DNA of 64,000 nucleotides from Azolla caroliniana (GCA_043228905.1 JBHGNT010000012.1:13764001-13828000), one strand, 5' to 3'; positions 50,201 to 63,415 are shown, counted from the first letter of the stretch. A program made the numbers and translations. The notes: generated from the letters alone by a model not told the origin.

Positions 50201-52762
50201 CTCGTACCGCCTTCAGCTTCCGGCCGGTTTCTCTTTCCACTCTTGCGTGGAGCTCTTTGAAGACGGATAACACTTGATCCTTCGTCTTCAACGGTGTGGC
50301 CCACAGCTTCCGGCTGTGGTCATCTATGAACGTCACGAAGTACTGCGCTCCGGCATGTGACTTCGTGTCTACTGGACACACATCCGTATGCACCAACTCC
50401 AGTGGTGTATTACGTCTCATCGGTGGCTTTGGTCGGAAGGAGGTTCGGTTCTGCTTACCGGCCAAACAATCAGTGCACTTCTCTAAGTGCACGTTCTTCA
50501 CTGGAATGAGGTTGTCGTTTGCAAGCCTCTTCATCCCCTTCTCGCTCATATGACACAGCCTCTTGTGCCACAGCTCACCGGCAGTGTTGGATGCCACGTT
50601 CACTTCTTCCGGACATAACTGGGTATTCATCAGGTACAATGTGTTTACCTTCCGGGCCCGAGCCACAATTAGGCTCCCTCTACTGAACTTCATGACATCG
50701 TTCCGGATGCTACCCGTGTAGCCTTCATCATCTAGCCGACCGGCTGATATCAGGTTCAGTCGAACCTCCGGAACGTGTCGGACATCCTTCAGCAGCAACT
50801 TGCATCCGGTTGGTGTTGACAGCCACACGTCTCCTATGCCGACAATTCGGCATGTACCTTCATTCCCCATCCGGACACAGCCGTGGTCACCGGCTGAGTA
50901 GGATGAGAAGCATTTCCGGTCCGGGGTAAGGTGGAACGATGCTCCGGAGTCTGCCACCCAGGTCATCTCGTCGCCAGCAAGGTTTATCTCACTCTCCTCG
51001 GTGATGAGCATCAACTCTTCTTCACTTGCCGCGATTGCCATCGTTCCCTTCCGGTCCGGGCCCCTTCGGTCTTTACCGTTCCGGTCCGGGGTCCGCTTCG
51101 AATCGGTACCGTCGGTTTCCTTGTCTTTTCGGAAATGCCGACAGTTCTTTTGGAAGTGTCACGGCTTGCCGCAATAGAAGCAAGTAGGGCTCCCCCTTGA
51201 CTTTGACCGTGTTCCCGACTTCTCCCGGTTCTGGGGACTACGGTTTCTATGTCTTCCGCGTTCTGATTCGGTAAGGAGCGCTTTGGAGTCGGAGCTCGTA
51301 TCTTTATCTTTTCGACGCGCCTCCTCATCTAACAAGCTCGACTTTACTCTTGCTAGGGATAACCGTTTTCCTTCCGGCCCGGCGTTGCCCAAAGTGACAA
51401 CCAACGTCTCCCAGCTATCCGGGAGGGAACCGAGCAGAAGTAGCGCTAGTACCTCATCGGCGAGAGGCACTTCCAATGAAGTTGCCTGGTGGATCAGCCC
51501 CTGGAAGGCATTCATGTGCTCCGCCATGGTGGAGCCATCTTGGTACCGGAGTCTTACTAGCTTCCGGAATACCGAAACCTGATTAACAACATTTTTGTTT
51601 TGAAACATTATGCCGATCTTCTCCCAGAGCTCATGAGCCTTGCTCTCTTCATTGAAGTTGTTGTACAGGCTCATGTCGATGAAGCACTGTATGTACGCCG
51701 TTGTCTTCATGTGCATCACCTCCCATATCGCGGCGTCGATTTTGTCCGGTCTCTTGTCCCCGTACTGAACCGGCAGCCAAAGATCTTTTACCACGAGCAT
51801 ATCCCTCATCTTCGACTTCCACATTGAATAGTTGGAGCCGGTGAGCTTGAACATGCCACCAAACGATTTGTCCATTTTCTGTGTCGTTTTGCTCTGATAC
51901 CACTTGACGGGAACTGGTCGTTCCTTATGCGCAATGCTCGGCCACAACCGGGCTTAGAATGATACACAGAAAACGGGAAATAAAACGCGACACAAAGAAG
52001 AGACGAGGTACATAGGAGGTTTACGTGGAAAACCCCAAACTAGGGGAAAAAACCACGGCAACCCACAGGCTACAAACTATCACTATGATGGAATGTACAA
52101 CCATGAGTTCACTGAGGCACCAACCTCGTGCTCACAGATCTTCGCCACAGGCGGCAATTACAACAGAGGCAACGACCTCTTTCTCTCTCTCTCTCTCTCT
52201 GTGTGTACAATTACACACACTCTCTATTCTTGCACCAACAGGAATGACAACAACAACAGTAACAATAGTAACAACAGTAACAACAGTAACAACAGTTACA
52301 ACAGTTACAACAGTTCCTAAAAGTTTGCCCTAAGTCATATTTATACTAATATGACTTTTTCGGCTATTTACAAATGTAGCTGCGATGGACTATCAGAAAA
52401 CATATTTACTAATATGTCTCTTCATCCGGTTCTCCGTAGCCGGGTACTCCTGATCCGGTCTTCACCGGGTCTGCATCATCCGGTTCTCCGTAGCCGGGTA
52501 CTCCTCATCCGGTTCATACCGGGTCTGCACCACCCAGCCGTCTGTAGCCGGGTACTCCTCATCCGGTCTTCACCGGGTCTGCACCATCCGGCCCTCCGTA
52601 GCCGGGTACTCCTCATTCGGTCTTCACCGGGTCTGCATCATCCGGCTCTCCGTAGCCGGGTACTCCTCATCCGGTCTCGGCCTCGGCCTATCGGCCTCAG
52701 CCGAGTTTATTCATCGGCACTGTTCTTCTCCCTTCCCATCCGGAGGGGCATCCCTCCCAAAA
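46911..52762 (-). mobile_element. Ty1/Copia element A, nested in the LTR of element B
   Basis: LTRs at 46911-47851 and 51905-52762, TSD TTTAT, tRNA-iMet PBS at 51891-51902. gag-pol spans ~47880-51875 with stops and frameshifts. Confidence 0.95.
47260..47765. repeat. Tandem arrays inside the Copia A LTR: 9-bp (ACAACAGTA)n and a ~51-bp CCGG-rich unit
   Basis: Read directly. Also present at ~52246-52675 with fewer 9-mers. Confidence 0.9.
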
Positions 52763-55700
52763 TTTATGTAGTCACCCTCTCTCTTCATTAACTACAAGCC
52801 TCATGGATCATGGGGAATGTGAAAGCTCATAAGTTATGTGTCATAGAATATGATTCTATGACTCATACTAAATGCTAGAATACAAAGTGGTGACATAATG
52901 GTTACTCTTGACCGTTGGAGTGTCTCTTCACTCTCAAGGTGAGTTCACACACTAGACCAAGTTGAGCTTGATTCTCAACACGCCCCCTCAAGCTCAAGTC
53001 GGGTTGGTTTCAGACGGTATCCGAAATCCGTTTCAATTCACGTTCGGGAGTCCGCGGCGACTCACGTCGAATCGCTTTATGCGGAGTTGCGGAATCTGTG
53101 CTCCAGCTTGTGTTGTGCGTAGTTACGAAGTCTGTGCTTCGGCTTGTGTCTTTCTTGGCGGCTTTGCGCGGTAGATCGGCTCTTCACTACTACGTTGCAT
53201 GGTTGCAGAATCTACGCGTTATTGCGTAGTGTCTTCAATACTCCCCTTCAAGCTTGGCAGGTCAGGGATCATCAATCCGAGATTGGTCATGAATTGCCAT
53301 AGCTTGTCGGCTCCTAAGGCTTTAGTGAAGATGTCAGCCGTTTGAAGATTGGTGCTTATGTGTTGTAGGTCGACATCGCCAGCCAGAACGCGCTCTCGGA
53401 TGAAGTGATAGTGCACTTCGATGTGCTTTGTCCGCGCGTGGAACACCGGGTTCCGAGCCAGATAGATACTGCTCATGTTGTCGCAGTAAAGGGAAGTCGG
53501 ATCCTTGATGGGTACGCCCAGATCCTTCAAAATCCTCTTGAGCCATACAGATTCACACGCAGCTACGGCTGCGCCCTTGTATTCCGCCTCCGTACTCGAA
53601 AGAGCGACGGTGGGCTGCTTCTTGCTACTTCAGGATATTGCTCTGCTGCCGAGGGAGAAAACAAATCCGGAGGTTGATCTTCTACCAGCTTTGTAGCCGG
53701 CCCAATCGGCGTCTGTGTACCCCTCGAGTCGTATTGGCATCGCGGTCTTGTAGAGGATGCCATAATCCATTGTGCCGCTCACGTATCATAGAACTCGCTT
53801 AGCGCAATCCAAGTGAGTATCACGCGGTGTTTGCATGAATTGGCTAAGGAGACCGACCGGATAACTGAGATCAGGTCGTGTGATCATGAGGTAGATGAGA
53901 CTCCCGATGAGTTGCCGATACTGAGTCGGCTCACACGCTATGGTGCCGGAGTTCGCATCTAGTTTGAGATTACGATCGAGCGGGGTTGCCACGGATTTGC
54001 ACTCAGCCATCCCGAACTTGTATAACAAGTTGAGGATGTAGTGCCGTTGAGAGATCATGATTCCGGCCGAAGTCCGAATTACCTCGATGCCGAGGAAGTA
54101 GTGGAGCTCCTTCATGTCCGTCATCTCGAACTTGTCGGAAAGGAGGGATTTGACTTTATTGATTTCGACGAGATGCTCACCTCCAATGACTAGGTCATCC
54201 ACATATAAAATGATGACAATCGGACTTGTGGAATCGCTTCGTATGTAGAGGGAGTTGTCCGATTTTGACATACGGAAGCCGATTTGATGAAGATATTTCG
54301 TTATCTTCGAATGCCAAGCACGCGGTGCTTGCTTGAGGCCGTAGAGTGGCTTCTTGAGTCGGCAAATAGCCTTTGGATGGGTGCTCGAGTTGAAGCCGGG
54401 TGGTTGTATCATGTAAACCTCCTCTTCTAATTCGCCTTGTAGAAAGGCGTTCTTGACGTCCATTTGATGGAGGTGCCACCCTTTCACCGCGGCAAGCGCA
54501 ATTACGGTCCGCATTGTTGTCATCTTTGCCACTGGGGCAAAGGTCTCCTCGTAGTCAACTCCATGCGTTTGGGTGTAGCCTTTCGCTACGAGTCGCGCTT
54601 TGTAGTGGTTGACGGAACCGTCGGAGTTGTACTTCACTTTGTAGATCCATTTGCATCCGATCGCCTTTTTGTGCGGTGAGGTGGGAACGAGATCGCACGT
54701 CTCGTTCTTCCGGAGTGCCTGCATCTCCTCGTTCATTGCTTCAATCCATCGCGGGTCCTTCGCAGCTTCGGAAAAGGTTTCCGGCTCCCGTACTGTTGCT
54801 ACCTTCATCATAACGGCATAATGGTACGCCATATACTCGTTGTAGCCGAATTGGCTTACAGGGTTCTTTTCACGAGTGGATCGGCGGAGCTTTTCATTTG
54901 CAAAGATAAGGGCTTTCTTAGCTCCGATTGGTACATCGAAGCCGCCGAACTCACTATCAAGTGATTCATCGTCGTCGAAGCGATCGTCTTCGTATTCCGC
55001 CATTTTCGCCTTGCCTTTGTCCATCTTCGGGCTAGGCCGTGATGTGCTTTGATCGCTCAAAGGCTCTTGTGGTCCGCTCAATCGGGTCGTGATCGGACTT
55101 TCTTCGAACATGCGCGTAAGGTGATCTTCGTCTTCTATCTCTTGTTCGGTGGATTCCGGGTCGAGCGGGGTCGGAGTCGAAGTTGTCTCTGGTGCGTACC
55201 AAGATGCAGACTCGTCAAAGACGACATCTCGACTTACCCGAGATTTTCGAGTTGAGGGGTTGTAGCACTTGTACCCCTTTTGCTCCAGTGAGTATCCTAC
55301 GAGGATACATTTCTCCGACTTCGGGTCGAGCTTTTGATGCTTCTCGTCAGGGATGTGCACATACGCAATGGAGCCGAATATCCGAACATGTGATAGGTTC
55401 GGCTTCTTTCCGAAGAATCTTTCGTGCGGAGTGACCTCGTGCATGCCGGATGTTGTGCACCGGTTCATTAGGTAGATGACCGTATTTGCCGCTTCGGCCC
55501 AATATGACTTGGGCATATGCTTCTCGTTCATCATGGCCTGCACTACTTCGAGGATGTGCCGATTTTTGCGCTCGGCTACTCCGTTTTGTGCGGAGTGTGT
55601 CGGCAAGTGAATTCTCGCCGAATTCCTTCCTTTCGGAGATACGTCGTGAAATCGTCCGAGAAGTACTCCTTGCCACCATCCGATCGAAGGCATCGTACAT

Positions 55701-58700
55701 GTCGGCCCGTGGCTTTCTCGACTTCCTTCTTGAAATTTTGGAAGTGTCCGAACACTTCGCTCTTTTGCTGCATCGGGTAGATCCAAGTGTGCCTAGAAAA
55801 GTCGTCGATGAAGAGCACGTAATATCGGCATCCGCCGAATGTCGCCGTTTGAGCCGGACCCCATACATCGGAATGAATTACGTCGAGTACACCTTTGCTC
55901 ACATTCCGCTCCTTCGGAAATGGGTGTCGGTGTTGCTTGCTGAATTGGCACGCTTCGCATACACCTTCAATCTCCTTCTCTTTGAATGTCGGGAGTCCGA
56001 TGGCGACTCCTTTTGATTTCATTGCTTTGAGTTTGTTGAGATTGATGTGGCCGATTCGCTTATGCCATAGCTCTATGTCGGATTCGGCTTTCGTGCTTTT
56101 CGCGAACATGGCGGATTTCATCTCGTGCGAATCGAGAATGAACATCCGACCCTCTCTTCTACCGCGTGTGATGATTTGGCCTTCTTTTTCGATGAGACAC
56201 CCTTCTTGGTCGAATCGTACTTGCATCCCTTGCTCAACCATTTGGCCGACCGAGACCAAATTCTTTGTGATGGTGGGTACATGCAAGACGTTTTTAATGT
56301 ATGTTTGCTTACCTCTTTCGCCGAACGGAACATTGCCGATGTGCCGAATCGGGTGCGTAGTGTCATCTCCGGTTTCGACATAACCGGGTCGCTTCGGCTC
56401 TCGAAGTTCGAGAAACCATTCTTTGTGGGATGTCATATGGTTCGAGGCACCGGAATCGACAAACCATACGTCTTCCGGACGGGAGGCACTAGTTGAGGTA
56501 GCGGCCGACATAGAGTTTGCTCTATGTTTCATCATGAACATTCCGCCACGGTCGGAATTGTATGCATACATTCTGCCACGATCCTCGTAGTCGGAGTTGT
56601 GCCCATGCATTCCGCTATACTCTTTGTAGTCGGAATTGTGCGTGTAATTCGTGAGTTGTCGGCTTGTGGAAACCGATTCATGCATCTTCTTTCGGCACTC
56701 TTCTTCGTGGTGGCCGAACTTTCCGCAATATCCGCATTCGGTTGCGTTTTGACGGCTCGGGCCGGAGTGGAAGCTCCCCCTTCTTGCGAAGGTTCCTCAT
56801 TGGCCTCCGTTTTGCGGCCGAAATTCGGAGTTGTTGTCGTAGGTCGGACCTTGTCCACCTTGTCCTTGGCCGAATCGGCCTCTCGCTTGTCCGCGTCCTC
56901 TTCCTCCATTAGAGTGCCTGTAGAGCATGTGGCCTTCCGACTCATTGCTCCTTGTACGCACGTGGTTTTCTTCGACCAATAGCATTGATTGGAGCTCAAA
57001 GAAGGAGGGAGATTTCTCCCGTGCTAGAACGGCGATTCGCATCGCGCCGAACCGTGGTGCGAGGCCGCCGAGGCATATTTGCACCATCTCATCATCATCT
57101 ATACTTACGCTTATTGAGCCGAGTGAGTCGCAAAGCTCCTTGATCTTCAAGGTGTATGTTGTGATGGACATGTCCCTTTGTTGAATGTTGTTCAACTCTT
57201 GGTGGAGTTGAAGCTTCCTCGCGGTCGTATTGGCGGCGAAAATCTTTCGTAGATTTTCCCACGCTTCCTTCGGCGTCTTGGCTTCTCGAATGTAACCGAG
57301 CATGTGGTCGTGAACACATGTCGCCAAACAATACATCACGCGGCTTGCAACTTGCTCCCATGTCGCGTATTCGGAAGCCGCTTCGGCGGGTTGGTCTTCA
57401 TGCGCTCCTTTGATGTAGCTCCAATAGCCTTGTCCGACAAGGTATTGGTGCATCTTGTACTCCAAAGATGCGAAGTTTTTTCGATCGAACTTCTCGGTAG
57501 GGAGAGCGCTCCCCATTTGAGTATTCATTATGTCGATTCTTCTTCTTCTTCTTCTCTCTTCGAATGTGAGCTATGTAGCGAAGCTACAATAGCGATGAGC
57601 CGGTTCTTGGTCGTCGGCGTGGAGCACAACACACGATCACGATGAGGCGAATGGGCTAGATCGAGTTACCAAATTGCTCTGATACCATGTAAAGAATCAA
57701 GAGATGGATTCTTGTGAAGTGGAAAAGATGTGAGTTGTGTGTGTGTGTAAGAGAGAGAGAGAGAGACACAGAGTATACGCAAGGTTAAGTGTATTAGCAA
57801 AGGAGAAAGAGTCAACCTTATACAAGGTGGGAGGAGGGTGCTTTATGTAGTCACCCTCTCTCTTCATTAACTATAAGCCTCATGGATCATGGGGAATGTG
57901 AAAGCTCATAAGTTATGTGTCATAGAATATGATTCTATGACTCATACTAAATGCTAGAATACAAAGTGGTGACATAATGGTGACTCTTGACCGTTGGAGT
58001 GTCTCTTCACTCTCAAGGCGAGTTCACACACTAGACCAATATGAGCTTGATTCTCAACACCCCTACCTCCTCGTCTTGATCTGGGAAATCCCATAAGGCT
58101 TTAATCCACATGTTAATGAAATATACTTGCTCTCGTCCTTCTCCAATGCAACAATATTTCGAAACAATTTCAAGGCGCACGCAAATGTCCTATCTATCAC
58201 CAAAATAATAAGATCATAGCTTCAATTAGACAACTGATAAGTTTATACTTTTGTTGAGCAAAGTCTAAAAACATACTTGTTCCAGAAAACAAATCTAAAA
58301 TCCAATCTCCTTCATTAGAGAATATTTCGATAAGGCGCATCATTAGTCATTGAGGCTTCTGCAAGGATTGAATAGGCCACGTTCAGTCGTCGTGACATGT
58401 CTCAATTTCCGCATAACTGCAAGGCACACTAGTGGATTTGAACCTCCAACCTTGTTCAAATGCTCCTTAATCCTTGGCTTCTTGATTGCATCATAATAAC
58501 CAACAGATGTGTATTTAGTAGCATTAACAAACCGAAAGGTAGGTCCTCTATTAACATTGTTTTTCATCCTATAAATGACAAAAGGAAAGAGTCATGTTGT
58601 AGTTACACAAAGTGACAAGACTTGAAAGGAAACCAAAATCAAATTAGTCTTTGTATAAGCCTTACCAAGTAAGGTTCTCTACATCATGACAACGAGATCT

Positions 58701-61193
58701 CAATGCTTGAGCCACAGAATATCGTTGGTCAATACTACGAAAGACCACTATTCTCCACAAGCTAGTTGTGGTCAACTTTGCAAAATCCTTCACCGTTTTC
58801 TCCAACTGTTGGAACCTAAATGGTTCATCATCATAAGAAGATCCAGCCATCTAGAAACCGTATGGAATATCTGTAGTGAGTAACTTGTACTCCTTCAACA
58901 ACTTCTAGATCATCTCCCCCTCATCTCCGCCACATCACCACGATACACATTATAATACAGTTCTCGAGTGATATCTTTTTTGTAGCTGAACTTCTTGAAA
59001 GTTCCGACATTGTCCACATTGAATGCCTTCACTAAGAGCCGGTCCTTTTCTTTTCGTGCTCTTTCAAGATGAGCAAGAAAGGAAGTTGGAAAATCATGTA
59101 TGTCTTTGACTTCTCCAGGCTTCTTGCTACGACATGGTTTCTATGTGAAACAACAACAGAAGTAACTCATACTTAGTCTTCAAATATGTAATAAACTAGA
59201 ATGGAAAATTTCAAATATGTAATACTAACCCAATCATTAAAAAGCAATAAAATATTTCAGTAGCACCTTCTATGAAGATCTAATCGGATACCCTTCAGTC
59301 ACTTGTTCCCATGTTAAGCAACCAAGTTGCTTCATCATCATGTTGGGAATTTGGTCCCTCCGTATGGGATCTGGATGAGAACCAGACGAGCTAGATCAGA
59401 CGAGACGAAGGAAGGAACCGGATCGGATGGATTTGGAAGGAGTCCGGCCGGATCGGGTATAAATCAACAAATAGGAACATATTAGTAAATATGTTCAGAC
59501 ATGACCATTGAGGTCATAGTTGTTAATAGCCCCAAAGTTATATAAGTATAAATATAACTAGGGCAATACTGATTTGGATGTAGATCATAATTAGAGTTGT
59601 TATCGTTGTATAGAGATAGATACATAGAGGCAGGGAGAGAGAGCGTGAGAGAAACAAAAAGTATTCTCTGTTGTAACGGCTGGTTGGCAAAGACATAGAG
59701 CTCGAGGTCATTGCCTCTGATTCTGTCATTGTACCCTTCCTCTCATAGTGATAGTTGGAGTATGTGGGCTCTTGTGGTTTTTCCTGATTAGGGTTTTCCA
59801 CGTAAACATTCAGTGTCCTCTGTGTTGTTTGTGTAAGTGCATTGCCATTTTCTGTTTATTTCTTCCATCATGAGTTTGAGACTCGATTGTGGCCGAGCGT
59901 TATTCTCCACAATCTGGTATCAGAGCATGGAAGATCCATTCACCAGCATGTTCAAACTCACCGGCTCCAACTACCTAGTGTGGAAGTTGAAGATGAGGGA
60001 CATGCTAGTGGTTAAAGATCTCTGGCGGTAGTTTGGAAACAGAAGACCGAACAAGTTCGATGCCACGACTTGGGAAGTATGCACATGAAAACAATGGCAT
60101 ACATTCGATGCTTCATCGACATGAGCCTGTACAATAACTTTAATGAAGAGAACAAGGCCAATGAGCTTTGGGAGAATATCAACACGATGTTGGAGAACAA
60201 GAAAGCCGTAAATCGGGTCTCGGTATTTCGGAAGATAGTGAGGCTCCGATATCAAGACGACGCCATCATGGCAAAGCATATGAATGCCATCCAAGGGCTG
60301 ATAAACCAAACTACCTCTCTCGAAGTACCATTAGCCGACGAGGTACTAACACTGTTATTGCTCGAATCCCTCCCGCATAGCTGGGAGACATTGGTTGTGA
60401 CTCTGGGCAATGTCGAAACAGAGGGAAAGAACTTATCCTTGGCGAGAGTTAAGTCAAGTTTGCTAAACGAAGAAGCTCGCCGGAAGGATCGTGAGTTCGG
60501 AACAGATCCAAAGGCCTTGGTTATAGAAGACGACCATAACCGGGGAAGAGGCCAGAATCGGAGTCCCCAAAACTGGGACAAATCGGGGACGAGGTCGAAG
60601 TCAAGGGGGAGGCGCACTTGCTTTTATTGCGGAAAGCCAGGACACTTCCAGAAGAATTGCCGACACTTTCAGAAAGCCAAAGGGGGAGCCGACATTTCGG
60701 AACCAAAGAAGGTTTCGGATAGGAGAGGAACGTCGGCAATCATAAGTGAAGAAGAAGTACTGCTCATCACCAAGGAGAGTGAGCTCCATCTTGTCATTGA
60801 CGAAACGACATGGGTAGTCGACTCCGGAGCGTCGTTCCATCTGACCCCCGACCGGAATTGCTTCTCATCCTACAAAGCCGGAGATCATGGTTGTGGCTGG
60901 ATGGGAAATGAAGGTGCATGCCGAATTATTGGCATAGGAGACGTGTGGTTGACGACGTCAACCGGGTGCAAGTTGCTACTGAAAGATGTATGACACGTTC
61001 CGGAGGTTCGGTTGAACCTGATATCAGCTGGTTGGCTAGATGATGAAGGATACACGGGTAGCTTTTAGAATGGAGTCATGAAGTTTTGCAAAGGATGCCT
61101 GATCGTGGCCCGAGCCCGGAAGATAAATATGTTGTACCTGATGCATTCTCGGATATGCCAGGAAGAAGTGCACGTGGCATCCGACACTATTGG

Positions 61194-63054
61194 TGTCGTG
61201 AAAAATCCGTCACTATGTGCGGATCGTGAGGCGGAACCGCCAGGGTTATGGTCTGGAAGGAATTAGAGCTCACGCACGCACAGCACAATCAAGATTTACA
61301 CATAAGACAAGTAGATGAAAGAAAACATTTGTTTACATCAAAATAATAGATTCTTTATAATTTTTGAATCATGTTTCAATGGGTTGGATATCAATATGAG
61401 AGATCATTTTTGAAAGAAGGGAGAAGAAGCCTCCGAAAAGAAGAGAGTGGAATATATATATATATATATATCAGGAGTTCTTTTTTTATCATGGCCCTTG
61501 ATGTTCAGTTGCATGCGTCCACACATGACCTTACTTTAGTTGCATGGCCTCTACTTTTAGATGCATGCATTTGTATAGTTCGACCTGTGCATGATCTGTA
61601 CAATCGTCCTGGTCGATCCGTGCGTCATGACTGTCCTGTGCATCCGCGATCGAGCCGTACCAGACGTTTTGAACCGTCCTCCAAAATTGTTTCAAGCAAT
61701 TCATCCGCATCCATCCATCTAGGCAATTGGATTGCATCCATCCATCCAAACAGTTCAGGCCAAATCACCCTAATCGTTCTATGCTCCAAACATACAAATA
61801 TAAAATAATAAGTTATGGGTCTACATATATAATGACGGATCTGATGTTGCCCTATCTATGTGGGATATCTCACAGTTTTGTTTTTCTCATCTTCTCAACT
61901 TCATTCTCACAGAACTTGATACTTAGTTGTCCATTTCATATGTAGTAAAATGTGTTTCGAAGCTCTTGAAGACATCCATCTTTTCCATATCAAACCATTA
62001 AACAAATTTAAAATAATTATTTCATTATTTTTCATATCGTGTATGAAGAACCACATGACATTCACCCCCACCAAACCTTCACATCCACCGATATGTGGCA
62101 ATTGTGATGAGGTTCCTCTTTTGATTATTCTTTTTCAACCTCGATGCTCGAGGCTACATCGTCTAGAGCTTCGATTTCAAGATTTGGGGTCTCTCTTCTC
62201 TTAAAGATCTCGATTCTCTTTCCTGCAATTGGCAAAGCAAGTCGAGTTCCATCTAACTCTGTTAAAAAATAGGTTGCATTGCTTTCAATTTTCTTGACCA
62301 TATATGGGCCAAACCATCGTTTTGCAAACTTTCGAGTAGTGCTATATTGATTATCAAGGCTACTATCATAGACAAGTACCCAATCTCATTCTTCAATTTT
62401 TCTTTGACGAGGACGATGCTTTTTATCAAAATTCTCCTTGTTCCTCAATCGAGCATAGCGCAACCGTTCTATTGCCAACTCGACATCTTCAGGCCTCCGT
62501 TCTAATTGTTGAATCCTTGTAGCTAGCAAGTCTTCTCGACTCATTTCCTCTTGCCATGGCAAAGATTTCCACGAAGCAACACTTTGTTCGACCTATGCAT
62601 GATCTGTATAGTCGTCCCGCCCGATCCACGTGTCCATGATCGAGCCGTACCGGACGTTCTGAACCGTCCTCCAAAATCATTTCAAGCAGTTCATCTACAT
62701 CCATCCTTCCATCTAGGCAATTCGACCGCATTCGTCCATCCGAACATCTTAGGCCAATTAACCCTAACAGTTCTGTGCTTCAAACACACAGATATAAAGT
62801 AATAAGTTATGGGTCTACTTATATACTGCCATATTTGATGTTATCCTATCTATGTGGGATATCTCACAGTTCTGTTTTCCTCATCTTCTCAACTTCATAC
62901 TCACATAACTTGATACTTAGTTGTCCGTTTCATATGTAATAAGATGTGTTCGGAAACTCTTGAAGAAGTCCATCTTTTCCATATCAAACCATTAAGCTAT
63001 TCTAAAATAATTATTTCATTTTTTTTCATATCGTGTGTGAAGAACCACATGACA
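61194..63054 (-). mobile_element. Internally deleted Gypsy-type LTR element
   Basis: LTR 61194-62060 (TGTCGTG...CATGACA), PPT at 62061, integrase tail (DWVLVYDSS...RKFAKRWFGPY), partial second LTR at ~62585-63054. Putative 4-bp TSD TTGG/CCGG. Confidence 0.85.
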
Positions 63055-63415
63055 CCGGTGAGCCGTGGCACAAGAGGTTGTGCCACATGAGCCAGAAGGG
63101 AATGCGGAGACTTGTCGAGGAAAACCTCATTTTGGAGGTGAAAGACGTGCAACTTGAGAGATGCACCGTTTGCTTAGCTGACAAACAAAACCGAACCTCC
63201 TTTTGGACAAGATCACCGATGAGACGGAATGCACCGTTGGAACTTGTGCATACCGATGTATGCCAAGTGGACACGAAGTCACATGCTGGGTCGTAGTACT
63301 TCGTGACCTTCATAGATGACTATAGCCGGAAGTTGTGGGTCTCGCCGTTGAAGATGAAGGACCAGGTATTATCTGTCTTCAAGGAATTCCACACAAGAGT
63401 GGAAAGGGAAACCGT

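Larger units (their letters stand above)
46744..58059 (-). mobile_element. Ty1/Copia element B (host of nested element A)
   Basis: 3' LTR is split into 46744-46910 and 52768-52980. 5' LTR is 57688-58059. TSD CCCCT, PBS TGGTATCAGAGC at 57676-57687, PPT at 52981. gag-pol spans 53219-57528 with frameshifts (DSGAS, WHKRIGH, YVDD, TKHIE). Confidence 0.95.
46518..59340 (-). pseudogene. Spliced beta-class DNA amino-methyltransferase (N6A/N4C, N6_N4_Mtase-like), 5' truncated and split by Copia insertions
   Basis: Exons: 59340-59230, 59140-58666, 58568-58277, and 58193-58060 joined to 46738-46518. GT-AG introns of 89, 97 and 83 nt. Motif order: YRGD...LLTTDIPYG (DIPY at 58860-58871), LTW-MK, NPC(Q)KP..LMMRLIEIFSNEGDWILDLFSGT (DLFSGT at 58278-58295), ACALKLFRNIVALEKD. 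Confidence 0.8.

Noticed and set aside
58060-59340. Bacterial contamination as the source of the methyltransferase
   Set aside because: The gene has spliceosomal GT-AG introns and is interrupted by a plant Copia element with a clean TSD.
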